Shown here in pieces: positions 25,895 to 38,400 of a stretch of 64,000 bases of DNA. The first letter of the stretch is position 1; every line of letters begins with the position of its first letter. Below the pieces are notes generated by a model. The model was not told where the DNA came from, made no database searches, and saw only the letters and a list, made by a program, of their open reading frames with translations. Position numbers and translations under genes: made by a program. The stretch covers positions 1 through 64,000 of the IMG/VR virus record IMGVR_UViG_3300021185_001145. One strand, 5' to 3'. Source of the stretch: a virus.

Positions 25895-27766
25895 TTAAAA
25901 TTGACCTACAACTTCAGAGAAGTCTACGCCTGTTCTAACAGCAACAAAGTTCAACTGAATGAAGTTGATAGAGCGGGCTGGTTTGATGTAGATATCACCA
26001 ATAAACTCGTTTCTGTCAATTACTTCACCAGTGTTGTTGCTTTCGTCACATACAACTCGGAAGTCATAAATGCCACGGCGACCTTGTACGTCACGCAAGA
26101 ACGGTTCTACAAGATTGCGGAACTGTGAGCGGGTGAACTGGTCATTAAACTCAAACAATGAGTATTTAGCGGCAGTTGCGATTGCTTTTTCAAGCACGAT
26201 GAACAAACGTCTTACGTTAATTCTATCGAATGCACTTGGTTTAGCAAGTAGTGTCTTGTCACCAAACAAGATTGTACCTTCGCCCGGGAATGTAAGAATT
26301 GGGTTAACGCCATTCTTATAAAGTTCGTCACGGAAAGTTTTACTTGGAGACCATGCAGTTTTAACAACGTTCTTAATTTGACCGCGGTTAAATCCAGCAG
26401 GTGACCACCATGCATCTCTTTCGTCAGTAGAACGAACAACCAGACCAGCAACGTCACCGTTGAATGGTACCCAACGATATACATCGTTGTACTTGTCGTA
26501 CTGGTATTTCCAGTTACCATCTAGGAATGCATATGAAGATGAAGGCAGGCTGTCACGGAATTCAACAATATCTGTTGCTTCGCTACCAGCGTTGTTCACA
26601 CAATCTGCAAATTCAGGTGATAGGAATGCAACACAATCAAGTCGTGCTTCACAAACTGCAATCAGGTGAAGAGCGATTGTTTGGTTAGCGTCTGCACCAA
26701 GAATAAGTGATACGTCTACTTCTTCTGCGTTTGCGAACATGTCATAACCAGCGATGATTTGAGCATCAGTTGCGGCAGAACCATCAGCACCACCAGCAAG
26801 TGACCATGTAGATGGTACTGTAATTGGTGAAGAGTTATAGTCAACTGTATCTGCGGCGGCTGTATCCCAAGTGTTGGAACCCATTGCATGGTCTACCCAA
26901 CGAACCCAGTTAGAACGTCTTGCGATTACTTGCTTGTATGCGTTAGTAGAACCGTCTGCATTCAAAGCACCTGGTGCTTTAGAAACGAATGCGAACTTTT
27001 CAATAACTTCGCCTTTAGTTCCAGAAATTTCACCATCTTCGTCAATTACTGCGATGTGAATTTCATCATTAGATGCGCCACGCTTCTCTGCATATGGTGA
27101 TGTACCTGGGGCACCATCAAATGATGTTGCATATTCCCATTCTGCTACAACGTCACCAGCGGTGACATCAACAGAAAATGCTGAGTTAAGTGTTGCACCT
27201 GCGTCTGTTACTGCGGTTACGATTTTAGTTTCACCAGCAGAGATGACAAGAGAACCTACGGATAGGAATTCATCGGCATCTGTTAGAGTGAGTGCAGTAC
27301 CTACTGTGTCTACAGTCAGCGTTTGGCGGAATGCCGCGGCTGTTGCACAAACAGAAACTTTCAGTGAGTTACCAATCAGTCCGGCATGTTTTGCCACAAA
27401 ATACTGATTTGCTACAACGTTCTGACCGCCTTCGAAATTTTGTTCCCAGTCTTCATCATTTTGAATAAGAACACCAGTACCTGCTGTTCCTGCATTAAGT
27501 TGACCTGTCTGTTCGACACGGACAACCTGAAGGCTGTTACCGTATGCTAAAAAGTTAGCACCAGTATAAAAATGCACCGCTGTATCATTGGTAGGTTTAC
27601 CAAACATATTGGCAAGCGAATCCTCGTTTCCGAGCAACTTGCGTTCCATGATTGGACCCCAACCAAAATTGCCAGCAATACAACCACCAGTCGCCGCAAC
27701 GGCTGGTACTACGGTAGTTAAGTCAATTTCTGTGACATTAACACCTGGACTTAGTTGAAATGGCAT
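25895..27766 (-). CDS. gp18: Tail sheath protein
   Basis: LSPGVNVTEIDLT, WWSPAGFNRG, GDKT, SAFDRINVRRLF, KPARSINFIQLNFVA. Confidence 0.98.
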   Translation of the reverse strand: MPFQLSPGVNVTEIDLTTVVPAVAATGGCIAGNFGWGPIMERKLLGNEDSLANMFGKPTNDTAVHFYTGANFLAYGNSLQVVRVEQTGQLNAGTAGTGVLIQNDEDWEQNFEGGQNVVANQYFVAKHAGLIGNSLKVSVCATAAAFRQTLTVDTVGTALTLTDADEFLSVGSLVISAGETKIVTAVTDAGATLNSAFSVDVTAGDVVAEWEYATSFDGAPGTSPYAEKRGASNDEIHIAVIDEDGEISGTKGEVIEKFAFVSKAPGALNADGSTNAYKQVIARRSNWVRWVDHAMGSNTWDTAAADTVDYNSSPITVPSTWSLAGGADGSAATDAQIIAGYDMFANAEEVDVSLILGADANQTIALHLIAVCEARLDCVAFLSPEFADCVNNAGSEATDIVEFRDSLPSSSYAFLDGNWKYQYDKYNDVYRWVPFNGDVAGLVVRSTDERDAWWSPAGFNRGQIKNVVKTAWSPSKTFRDELYKNGVNPILTFPGEGTILFGDKTLLAKPSAFDRINVRRLFIVLEKAIATAAKYSLFEFNDQFTRSQFRNLVEPFLRDVQGRRGIYDFRVVCDESNNTGEVIDRNEFIGDIYIKPARSINFIQLNFVAVRTGVDFSEVVGQF

Positions 27767-27841
27767 ATTTCATTCTCCTTTGTTTATAAATCAATTTGTT
27801 ATGAAGAATATGGGTTAATCAAATTCTTTGTTTAACATTAT

Positions 27842-27849
27842 TATTTAGT
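27842..27849 (-). promoter_or_regulatory. Variant late promoter for gp18
   Basis: ACTAAATA in the gp17-gp18 spacer; the same variant lies before gp13. Confidence 0.55.
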
Positions 27850-27867
27850 ATTCTTCAGTTTTATAGA

Positions 27868-29505
27868 TTACCAGTCATTTCCCCATTTAAGTGCTTTCTC
27901 AGTGGACCAAAGTGTACCACTTGTATCAACATATGTTGCCTCGGATGCACTTACACCATCATCAATAAATCCGAAAGGGGTTAATTCTTCATCAATCATT
28001 TCACGGTTAAATTCTTCTAGTTTTCGTCTGAAATCCATGTTAGTAAGTTCTCTGAAGTATTTCTGAGAAGTCATCCACGAAAACAAAACGAGACACATAA
28101 CTAAGTCATCATGTGCGCCGCTTTCTGCTTCATAAGATTGCGCTTTACTTACAAATGTATTTAATTCAGATATAATATCAAAATCATTCAAAATCAATTG
28201 GTCAGACACAATCAAATCTTTTAGGGTCTGACACCCAACACGTTTTACATATTTAGATGTTTTCACACCCATAGATATATTCTTACCGAATCCAGCACCA
28301 ATCTGTTGACCTGCTCGACCCATTTGGGCGACACTCATCAAATTTTCATACTCTAAGTCCGAATGTAGAATATCTGCTACTTGTTGACCTACATCATTAA
28401 TCTCAACAAGAACATATGCTTCGTTATATTTATTACCCGCTGTCTTTACAACTTGTGGATAAAGTAGGGGTGATATGTTCTTATTTCTATATTTTGCAAC
28501 TACTTTATATGGCATTACTGATATGTCGATAACAACAAATGCTGAGTAATCAGCACCAGTACCTCTTGATGTATCTACGATGATTGCATAAGAATGGTCT
28601 GTTATCGGTTCTTCAAATATCGAAGTGCCTTCTCTATTATATTTAGCCGTTTCGTATGTTAGAGTTCTGAGTTTAGAACCTGGAATAAGTGTGTTCGATG
28701 ACCCAATAAATTCACATTCAAATTCAACTCTGAATTGGTCTTCAGATGTGTTCGCAATCTGTTCATTCTTCCATTTTTCATCACGACCTGGGATATCTGA
28801 CCAATGAACATCAATTCTTTGATATGAGTTTCTACCCTTCTCACTGTCTGTCCACAATTTGTAGAACATATTTAGACCATTTGGGGTTGATGTAATCAGA
28901 ACCTTAGTAGTCTTACCAGATGAAATAGTAGGGTATACAGATGCAAAAAACTCATCTTGCAGATTTGCAGGAATAAATGCAAATTCGTCTAAGTAGATAA
29001 GATTGAATGAACCACCACGAACCGCAGAAGAAGATGTAGCAGAACTTAGAATTTTTGAACCATTCTCTAGTTCAATATTACCCTTATTCCATTCTACAAC
29101 GCCTTGTTGCATCCATTTCGGTAGTGCTTCATATGCTCTTTGAATACGAGACAGAATTTCTCTTGCTTGTGCTAGTTTATGTGCTAAGATAGCAATATTA
29201 TATTCTTCATTGAACAATACTGCATGTAATAGTAGTGCCGCAATCGTAGTAGTTTTACCAGACTGTCTAGGCATCTTACAAATAACAAATCTGTTACTCT
29301 GTACTTTATTAATAATATCTGTTTGGAATGAATATGGGACGAATGGTACAAATCCCTCATCAACGTTTACAATCTTGACATAGTGTTCAATAAAATATTC
29401 TGGGTCACCCGCACACTTTACCCACTCATCTACTTGGTCTTGCGTAAACTGAGTTGATATGTTTGCTCTTTTTAGATTTGGGTTACCGAGATAGTTTTCA
29501 CTCAC
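27868..29505 (-). CDS. gp17: Terminase large subunit
   Basis: YLGNPNLK, PRQSGKTT, YLDEFAF, TSTPNG, HDDLVM; one uninterrupted ORF. Confidence 0.98.
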   Translation of the reverse strand: MSENYLGNPNLKRANISTQFTQDQVDEWVKCAGDPEYFIEHYVKIVNVDEGFVPFVPYSFQTDIINKVQSNRFVICKMPRQSGKTTTIAALLLHAVLFNEEYNIAILAHKLAQAREILSRIQRAYEALPKWMQQGVVEWNKGNIELENGSKILSSATSSSAVRGGSFNLIYLDEFAFIPANLQDEFFASVYPTISSGKTTKVLITSTPNGLNMFYKLWTDSEKGRNSYQRIDVHWSDIPGRDEKWKNEQIANTSEDQFRVEFECEFIGSSNTLIPGSKLRTLTYETAKYNREGTSIFEEPITDHSYAIIVDTSRGTGADYSAFVVIDISVMPYKVVAKYRNKNISPLLYPQVVKTAGNKYNEAYVLVEINDVGQQVADILHSDLEYENLMSVAQMGRAGQQIGAGFGKNISMGVKTSKYVKRVGCQTLKDLIVSDQLILNDFDIISELNTFVSKAQSYEAESGAHDDLVMCLVLFSWMTSQKYFRELTNMDFRRKLEEFNREMIDEELTPFGFIDDGVSASEATYVDTSGTLWSTEKALKWGNDW

Positions 29506-29938
29506 TGTCTTCTACCCTTGCACCTTTTGCGAGTTGTAAAAGTTGTTTCTGTAACTCTTTTGTACTACCAACGAATACTGTATTGTTCTGTACTGCTTTT
29601 GCTGGTCCAGCGTATTCTTCTTTGTCCAATTCTTTCTTTTGCTTATGAACATCAAGTAGTTCTTTGTTTGCATCAACCATAGTTTTGATTAGCGTAGATG
29701 CAACTTCATATGCACGAGGTTGTTCACTCTCTTTTGCAAGTTGCAAGATACCGTCAACTGCGTCTTCACCTTTTTCGATAAGTTTCGCAATATTAGATTT
29801 TGCCTTTACAAAATCTTCATCAGCATCTACATTAGAACTAGGAATAATTGAAGGTGCTAAGATTTCTTGCTCTGCTTCAATAATTTCTGAGTTAATGTTT
29901 AGTGCATCTTCTAGTTTTTCTTCTACTGTTTTTCTCAT
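29498..29938 (-). CDS. gp16: Terminase small subunit
   Basis: PRAYEV...NNTVFVGSTKELQK; synteny. Confidence 0.92.
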   Translation of the reverse strand: MRKTVEEKLEDALNINSEIIEAEQEILAPSIIPSSNVDADEDFVKAKSNIAKLIEKGEDAVDGILQLAKESEQPRAYEVASTLIKTMVDANKELLDVHKQKKELDKEEYAGPAKAVQNNTVFVGSTKELQKQLLQLAKGARVEDSE

Positions 29939-29956
29939 TCTGTAATCACCTTATTA

Positions 29957-30721
29957 TTACGGAGCCTCGCCAGCGGCGGTACTCTCAGTAAATCCAAAGT
30001 CGCCTGTAGTCAAACCATTTGCGTCATCTGCGGTTGAAGTCGTTGTTGCACCTTCAAACTGACCATCGTTAAACTGATTTTCGCCTATTGTGCTTACAAC
30101 GGCAGATGTGACAAGTTGACCTTCACGGACTGCGCCGTAGATATTACTCTTCATTGTAAAAGATAAAGACCATATCAATGAACGTCTTGTTTCAAAATCA
30201 CCATCATAAACATCTTCTTGTTGTAAACTGTTTAGAATGATTGGAATGTCTCTTGTTATTTCCAACTCAGGAAACTCTTTAATTGTTACATTAAAATGTG
30301 GTGTGAAGTATGGCAAAATCTGTTCAAGTATCTGCGTACCATCTTCAGCATTTTTAGTCATTATGGATAGAGTAAAATCGAAAGTATATGGTACAGGAGC
30401 AAAAGTGTATTTCACACCTTCACCTTCTTTTTGATTTGAAAGTCTTTGACTTGAACTAATCTTTCTCTCTGCATCATATGTCATAGTATCCATTTCGAAT
30501 GCCATGCGTGGGAGAGTGATAGCAGTTTCTTGGTCAAATTGTCCAGCATCAAGTCTTGCTAAAAACTTCTGTTTAGGTCCATATGAAATAGGTACTTTTC
30601 TTCTTTCAATTTCTGCACCTGCACTATCAAATCTTCTAACATAAATGTCATTGAAAAGATTACCGAAAACGATAACCATTTTTCTAATAGATGCATGATA
30701 AAATGTATGCCCTAATGCCAT
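29957..30721 (-). CDS. gp15: Tail sheath stabilizer / completion protein
   Basis: FYHASIRK...FGNLFNDI...VPISYGPKQKFLARL...LPRMAFE...QILEQILPYF. Confidence 0.95.
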   Translation of the reverse strand: MALGHTFYHASIRKMVIVFGNLFNDIYVRRFDSAGAEIERRKVPISYGPKQKFLARLDAGQFDQETAITLPRMAFEMDTMTYDAERKISSSQRLSNQKEGEGVKYTFAPVPYTFDFTLSIMTKNAEDGTQILEQILPYFTPHFNVTIKEFPELEITRDIPIILNSLQQEDVYDGDFETRRSLIWSLSFTMKSNIYGAVREGQLVTSAVVSTIGENQFNDGQFEGATTTSTADDANGLTTGDFGFTESTAAGEAP

Positions 30722-30724
30722 AAT

Positions 30725-31585
30725 TTAATACTCCTCACTGAATGGGTTGTCTTCTGTAAAGTCGATAATGCTATCTGCGTCTGCTTTGAATGCATCGTTA
30801 TCTGCACTAGTTTCAGGCATTACCATCGTTTCTTTAACACCAAGAACATAAGACGCACCAGAAGTATCGCCATTTACTGTTCCACCTGTATTAAAGTTAC
30901 CATTAATTGTTTTGATTGTGAGAATTTTAGATGCTGGGTTCCAATCAGAAACTATTGCTTTTGCAGTAAAGTCTGCTAATGTAGCACCCTGATATATTTC
31001 TTCATTGACAGTATAATCTCCAGTACCATCACCTAGTGTTAGTTGAATTGTATACTGTAGTGCAGTGACTTCATCATCAATCTCTGCGACACCAGTATCA
31101 ATCTTCTCACCATTGTATTCGAACAGTTCTGTAGATAGTCTGTAAATATATGTTTTACCAATCTGATAATACACTTCTTCATCTTCAACGAATTTGATTT
31201 CAAGTAGATTATCTGTGAGTGGGAAATATAGTAAATCGCCTTCTCTGGGTCTTGTGAAAGACATACCAGCGGCAGTTGCATCTTCTTCAAAACGAGAGTT
31301 TGCAACAACAAAATTCTGTGTATCTCTAATCTCTACGCCAAATTTAGACAAAAGGTCGCCGTCACCAGCAAAACCATCTACACCCTGTACATACATTTCA
31401 ATAGTAAACTCATCTTCAAATGAAGAGTTTCTTACTTCATTAAAGATATCATCTACATGTGTATATTGTCGGGGAATGTACCTAATGTCTTGACCATAGA
31501 TTTGTATGGCTTCAACTACTAGGTCATTAGTTAGAGATTGTTCTTCTGTGTTTGTGTAGAAATTAAAATACTGGTTCGTTGCCAT
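30725..31585 (-). CDS. gp14: Neck protein
   Basis: LVVEAIQIYG.DIRYIPR, RPREGDLLYFP, C-terminal DFTEDNPFSE. Confidence 0.94.
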   Translation of the reverse strand: MATNQYFNFYTNTEEQSLTNDLVVEAIQIYGQDIRYIPRQYTHVDDIFNEVRNSSFEDEFTIEMYVQGVDGFAGDGDLLSKFGVEIRDTQNFVVANSRFEEDATAAGMSFTRPREGDLLYFPLTDNLLEIKFVEDEEVYYQIGKTYIYRLSTELFEYNGEKIDTGVAEIDDEVTALQYTIQLTLGDGTGDYTVNEEIYQGATLADFTAKAIVSDWNPASKILTIKTINGNFNTGGTVNGDTSGASYVLGVKETMVMPETSADNDAFKADADSIIDFTEDNPFSEEY

Positions 31586-31597
31586 TGTTGACTATCC

Positions 31598-32341
31598 TCA
31601 CCCTGTATAGAAATCAACAGGCAACTCATGTGTTAAACTCATCTGTTCTTCAAGTTCTGCAATTTCTTGCTTTGCTTCTTCCAAAATAGCACGCCCATTC
31701 ATTGTGACGCCGCCTGGAAGTGCAATACCCTCATACTTAGATACGTTCATACCCCATTGCTCTTTGATTTGTGCAGTTGCATATTCTCTTAAAAATCTAT
31801 CGCCCCAAATTTGTGAGAATGTAGATGGGTCAATTATCTTATAGCATTCTACGATAACATAGTCATCCACAGAAAGATTGTCAGACCAGTCCATATCAAT
31901 ATGTACACGGTCAGTATGTCTTTCATGTCTGATTGGGTTCACACCATTAAAGAGGTCATCTAACATTGTTAGATGTGAACGCATTGTTACATATTCTGAA
32001 GCAGAGGCAGATGTAAAGTCAAAAACATCATTCAAATGCATTTGATAGCGAACATCAAACATGCTTGAAGATGAAGTTGCATTATCAACGCTCAAGACAC
32101 GCAAAACCGAGGTCACACTATCGTCTACTGTGATGTATTCGTTGTCAATGTCTGTCTGAGTTATTTGGTGTTTGACATAAGTACGAGTAATAGCGTCAGA
32201 ATGATAATCTTGAAAATATTCAATCGCATCATCTATTCTATCTTCTACTTGGTCAGGTGATACGTTAATTTGAATAACACCCTTGCCCAATTTTCTTAGG
32301 CAATATTCTTTAAACTCTGTTCTGCTGGTCGGTGTTGCCAT
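31598..32341 (-). CDS. gp13: Neck protein
   Basis: PTSRTEFKEYCLRKLG...QVEDRIDDA...QWGMN..KY.G..LPGGVTMNG. Confidence 0.95.
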   Translation of the reverse strand: MATPTSRTEFKEYCLRKLGKGVIQINVSPDQVEDRIDDAIEYFQDYHSDAITRTYVKHQITQTDIDNEYITVDDSVTSVLRVLSVDNATSSSSMFDVRYQMHLNDVFDFTSASASEYVTMRSHLTMLDDLFNGVNPIRHERHTDRVHIDMDWSDNLSVDDYVIVECYKIIDPSTFSQIWGDRFLREYATAQIKEQWGMNVSKYEGIALPGGVTMNGRAILEEAKQEIAELEEQMSLTHELPVDFYTG

Positions 32342-32379
32342 TAGTTTCTATACCCTCTGAAATGCTGTTCTTATAATAC

Positions 32380-32387
32380 TATTTAGT
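32380..32387 (-). promoter_or_regulatory. Variant late promoter for gp13
   Basis: ACTAAATA ~40 nt upstream of the gp13 start. Confidence 0.55.
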
Positions 32388-32414
32388 TCACGGAGAACCA
32401 CCAGCAACAAGTTT

Positions 32415-32436
32415 GTGTGGGGGTTGCCCCCCACAC
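32415..32436. terminator. Strong GC hairpin between the giant fibre gene and gp13
   Basis: GTGTGGGGG-TTGC-CCCCCACAC, a perfect 9-bp stem; the T-rich tail (TGTTTTGCTTTTT) is on the plus strand. Confidence 0.65.
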
Positions 32437-32450
32437 TGTTTTGCTTTTTC

Positions 32451-35400
32451 TTAGGCTTGACTTTCAGACCAAGATATCTTACCAGTCACGAAGAATGGGT
32501 TAGTACCCGAAATGTCAGATGTTGACTGTGGCTGAACTGCGATAGTCAGCAAGTCAGGACCGTTCGGGAAGATACCGTCACCACCTAGAATTGAGTTACC
32601 AAGTTCAAGCAACTCGCCGAGGTCAATATCAAGTGAACCTGCAGAACCTTTTACTGCGTAAATGGTTGTTCCGCCAGTTAGTGTATCACCGTGGTCGTGG
32701 TCAATAATCTGTGACAACGATGGTGATTCCGCACCTTGGAAATCTGCTTTCGATGGAATCGAGTTCAGAATTAAGAAGATTTCAACGTCTTTCGAAGTAG
32801 TGATACCCGCTTGACGCAATCTCAACTGCATTCTGTTAATGATTTCACGCTCACCAACTGCACCAGTCAAAGCAGAATCCACAGAAGGTGAAAGTCTCAG
32901 TGACACTAGTGGGATTGGTCTGTCAAGTTCAATTGCTGTAACTTCACCATTGACCAATGTCGCCGCACTTGCAATGTTTGCAGTACCTGGTTCTGTGTTT
33001 GTCGCAGGATACGATGTAAACACTTTAGAAGTTGCACCGTCAAGTTTAACTTGTGTTACATATGTACCTTCAGGTAACAAAGACGAACCACTAACTGTAA
33101 TCTGAGAACCGACAACTGTTGCAGTAGCGTTTGCTTCTGTACATGGGATTGCATATACGAACACACGGGAACCATTCAGCGTAATAACATCGAATGTTGA
33201 TTCCGCATTGGATGGGAATGTTCTGCTTGCGCCGTTAGTAAATGCGAACGGTTTAGAGTTACGAGAGAACAAGTACGCTTTATCGTCATCAAATCTACCA
33301 TCCATGATGATTGAAGTACCGAAGTGGAACAGTGTAGGCGCAGTAGTTGCGGCTGGACCGTTTTCAATCTCATAGCGCCCTGGAAGGTTACCAGAACGGA
33401 AGTAGGATTCGCCAAGTCTGTTATTGTGTACAAACTCATGCATGTAGCGGATATGTCCTTCACGGTCTTTGAAACCGAAGCGAACTTTACCAGCACCGTA
33501 CCAAGAGTAGTCAGCATAACACATATGCAACTTGGTTGTATCAAGTTTAAATCCTGATGGACCTTGACCATTAGCAGTATCAATATTCCACTCACTCTGT
33601 GGTGCTTTACGGTTTTCAGTCTTAGTGACTTTAATACCCTTAGAAGTAATACCACGATAAGCAGGCTGTACGACCATTCTCAAGTCAGAAGATACTTCAA
33701 CAATCTTATAAGACTGTCCACGAATTACAACTCTATCACCAGCAACCACTTGCGTAGTAAACGATGTGTCGTTACCAGTAATCACCTGAGAGTTTCTTGT
33801 TGCAGTAACAGAACCCGCCAACTGGAGAGTAGATGAACGTACAACAGCGGAGAGTGTATTACCATCATATTCGAAGAAGAATCCGTTTTGGTCATCAAAC
33901 ATACCTGCACGAACAAAACTATCTTGCCAGCCGTTTCTTACATATGTTGGGAACCCAGATGCTTTTGCTTCATCAGGAACTTCAGCCATTACATATTGGA
34001 ACTGGAATGGAGTTGGTATTGCACTTACTGTGAATACACCATTATATGGGTTATTCGACAATGGTCCAACTGTAGCACCAGCAATCGTAACGGAATCACC
34101 AACTGCTAAGTTATGCTGTTCTTGTGTGTTCACAGTAGCAGTTGTAGTGCTTGACTTAATCAACGACCTCAAGATACGAGGTGGGTTGAAGTTGATTGCA
34201 AGCGAGTTCTGAATACCTTTACCTGACTGGTATCTGAAGTATTTACGAGATTGACGAACAATCTTACTATCAGGAGAAGTACCTGCCGTAATATCTACAC
34301 CACCATCAAATGATTTATGCAAAGAATATCCATCAGGACGTAGCATAATCTGAGTAGTGAAGTAGTATGCAGAAGGTGTTGCTTGGTCTTCAGTTGGTGC
34401 ATCAAACACACGAAGTTTTTCATCTGTCTGAATATCACGAACAGTCAAAGTATAAACATAGTCAGGACCAGTTACATAGATTTCATCGAAACGCTTGAAC
34501 GTTGTCAAGAAGTTTGTACCAGAACCTGTAATTTCAACATTTCCGTCTTCAAATGTTATCAGACCAGAACCAGAAATTGCTTTAACAAGTGAACGTGCCT
34601 TAAGTGTGTGTACACCTGTTTGAGCGCCCAGACCAGTTTCAATGTTATTAAGTGCAGAATCCGAAGAAACAGCAAGTTTAATTTTGTCTGCCGCAGTAAC
34701 AATAACGTTAAATACGTTGTCTGTTTCATCGGTCAACATTGAAGTATTACCTGTACCTGGGTCGTATGTTACAACTTCACCAGTAATCAGGTTGTGTGGG
34801 GCGTCAAATGTAATTTCACCTGTAAGACCATCAATGTCTGTGGATTCAAATGTATATGCTCTCAATGGAATCTTAAAGTCTGTTGCAAGAACAAACTCAT
34901 TTGGATTTGGAGTTTCTTCAATGATTGCAAATACGCCATCATAAGCACCTCTAAGAGAATCCACCAAGAATTCTTGTTCACCAACAACTCCTGTGTCATT
35001 AAGTATAACTGAACCAGTAGCACCTGTGACAATAAAGCGGATTTCCCACCAGTTTGTCATACTGCCAACTCTACGGTTAATACGAGATGTTGGGTCAAAC
35101 TCTACGTTCACACCAAGATTACCACCATTATCTACTAAGATAGCAGAAACATCTTTTGTTGTCCACTGAATATCGCTTCTGAATGTGGTTGTATCTGCAC
35201 CACCAGAGCGACCGATAAAGTATTCAGTATTATCGCCAGTAAACTTAATCTTAACATATTCACGACTTTCGTTAAAGTCACCACGATACTCTACACCAAT
35301 GATTGAAGCGCCTGTTGGAGTAATTCCTAGAGGAGTTTCAATGTTGATAAATTCAGTAACAGTCGAGTTATTTGAACGACCAACTGCGGCTGTTGTTGCT

Positions 35401-38400
35401 TGTGCAGTTGTATCAACAACTTGAGAAAGTGACAAACGGGAATCGTTTACACGGTTCAAGTTATATGCAGTGTTATTTGTCAATCCACCAATTACTGTAG
35501 ATACTACATGACTTTCAAATTTAATGTAATTCGTATCAGTTCCTGGAGTAGAAGGGTCACCACTTCCAACACCTACTTCACCAGTCACGGCAGGTTCATC
35601 AAATGCTATATATGCATTATGACTTGCCAGAGTGAATGAGTAAGTTGTAGTAGTTGCGGCATGTGATGTGCCTGTTATACCACTATATGAATTCCATGCT
35701 TGTGCGGCGGCATCCCATTCCCAAACACTTGGTCTATCTGTATTTCCGATAGAACCAACATCACTCAATGTTACTTCATAATCTTGAGCGACAAATGATT
35801 TAACTGTTGGGTTTTGTTCGTTCTCGCCAATATAGTCACCATTAACGATGAATGCTCCACCTTCTGCATCACCTACAAGAGTTGTAGTATATGTTTGCGT
35901 TGCTGGTTCATTCTGACCTGATGCATAATATTTTGCTTCTGATTGTGCAATAATTTTGTGGTTGTTCACATAGAATGTATTGTACAAGTCATTTTCTGTA
36001 ATGAAGCCGACTGTAAATTGGTCAGGATACCCAACGATATCATCTGTATTTGGTGCAATGTCCAATGTAATTCTAAACAAGTCTGGTGAAACAACAGCAA
36101 TTGTAGCATCGAATGTTTCATCTGCAATTGTCTGTACAGAACCTGAACTATCAGCAAATTTGAAACGTTGCCCAGCCGCATAGTCTGTTGCATCAACTGT
36201 GATGGTTGCAGACTGACCACTAGTAATTCCGTGGTCTGGTTGGTAAATAGTGTTTTTATCTGAACTTAGGTCAGCGACAAACATGTAATAAACATCTGAG
36301 TTATCTCCAGCAGACCCAGTGTATATAGAGTTGTTTGTAAAGTATGCAAACTCCTCAGAGGCTGTACCAAAATCAAAGTTTATTCTAAATGTACCGTCAC
36401 CGAAAACTGTTTGAGGTGAAGTAGTAGAAGACGCCGATGTTGCGTTTCTTAGTACGTTTGCTCTTGTTGGTTTAATTGTACCAAATCTACTATTCTGCAA
36501 GTCCGCTCTTGAAGAGAAGATATCTTTAGTGAGGTCTCCACCACCACTAGCAACACCATCAGCCTTACCTTGGAATGCGAGAACCCTAGAAGGATTTACA
36601 CCACCAAGACCGTACCCACTTGGGTCAAGTGCAAGGTCAGCACCAGAATGTTCATAACTCTGTGCTTTGAACAATGCTTTTTGTGCTTCAGTAAGTTCCA
36701 TACGAATGTGGAAACGAATTGTACCTGAAGAGATAAGGGTCGAACTTTCGTTCAAGTCATATCTGAAATTTCCTCGACCACCGTAAGTGGAACTTGTTGA
36801 TGAAACAGCCGAAGTGATATCAAAACTGTTATTAAGTTCAGTAGACGATTCCGAATCGACACCATCGCCCTCTGGGTTGTTTGGACCTGTACCAAAAGTG
36901 ATAGTACCGTTACCGTTCGGGTTATACAATGTGATGGTGCTGAGTTCGTTTGAAGCCTCAAAGTCACCATCTGCTTCACCCATATAGTCAAGGAAAAGTT
37001 TTGCGCCGCCTGCGATGAGACCATCAAGATAACCTGTGTAGCCACCAAATGCGTTAGCAACGCTAAGTCTGTGTTGGTTTTCACCATTACCTTGACCACG
37101 AAGACGAACGGCTGTCACTACATATCGGTTAGCAGTAACCGCACTTGTTGGGGCTGAGTTAGTATCATCACCTGTTGGTGGTGCTGTGTCGTTGACATAA
37201 TATGCCGAAGACTGTGGGGAGTTATACTCAGTATAAATTTGGTCATGGCGAGGCCATACTCTCCATGCTTTATATACTAGTCCAAGACGACCCGCACCAA
37301 CTGAGTTTGTGATTGTAGAAAGTGAAACTACACTACCAAGGCTGTAATTGCTATGTAACTTGATTGTATCTGCATCAATTACTTCAACAAAGTATACAGT
37401 ACCATCTACTAATCCACCATCAGAGGCTTCAAAGAATGGTGAGTTGAAGAGCAAGCAAGATTTATTTGGTAGGTCGTGACCAGGCCATGATACAGTATTG
37501 TTCACGGCATCAAATGAATTTGTTTGTAGATACAAACTATAAGTCGATTGATGGTCCCATGTAACAACTTTATTTTGTCTTACGTTACCACGCCCAGTAT
37601 CTTCTGCCGATGTAACTGCGATATTCGTAATGAAGTTTGCATCAGTATCTAAGAATGGACGACCATCTGGAGCGGTCGCTGTTGGGTTTGCGATAGTAAG
37701 AGACTTAGGACCAATTGTGTTACGAAGATATACTTTTGTACCAATTGCGAAACCGTGAGTTTCTTTTGTAACAACATCAATCTTGGAAGGTGCGCCACCA
37801 TCTGTCTGTGCGCCATCAATGACGGAAACTGGGAGAGGGCTTCCTTCAAAAAATTTGGCTGGCACGATTGTAGTGTAACCACCTGAGATATCACCAGTTG
37901 TAGATGCAGGAACGTCAAGTTCGAAGAAGAATGTGTTCTGCCCATCAACACCAGAAATAGTGAAGAAGCCTTCTGCTTGATAATCGTCAAGACCTTGAAC
38001 AGATACGGGTAGACCTAATTCCAAGTTATGATTAATGCTAGTTGTAACTTTAACCTGCTTAGAACCAGCAACTGCGTCAACAGAAAGAATACCATCAATT
38101 GGTTTGTCACCAGAAGAAGAGTATACTGTTGGAATGTTGTTTACTGATTGAAGTGTTTCCCACTTAGTTGACTGTAGACCATATTCAAAGTCAGTATCAA
38201 TCAAGTTACCTGGGTTAGATACACGAATTTTACCAACAGCATCAAGCAAATCTTCAGCAACAGTCATAACTTCGGAATCTTTGTTTACAAAGACCTGAAT
38301 ATTATCACCGCCACCGATATCGTCATCACCTGCGGTATCGTAATCTAAGTTGATTGTTGTTAATTCGGTTGCTTCACTAAAAGACCAAGTGCCTTTATAG

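Noticed and set aside
12888-29505. Introns, inteins or homing endonucleases in gp46, uvsW, gp20 or gp17
   Set aside because: All are continuous ORFs of normal length with no LAGLIDADG/HNH/GIY-YIG or intein motifs seen.
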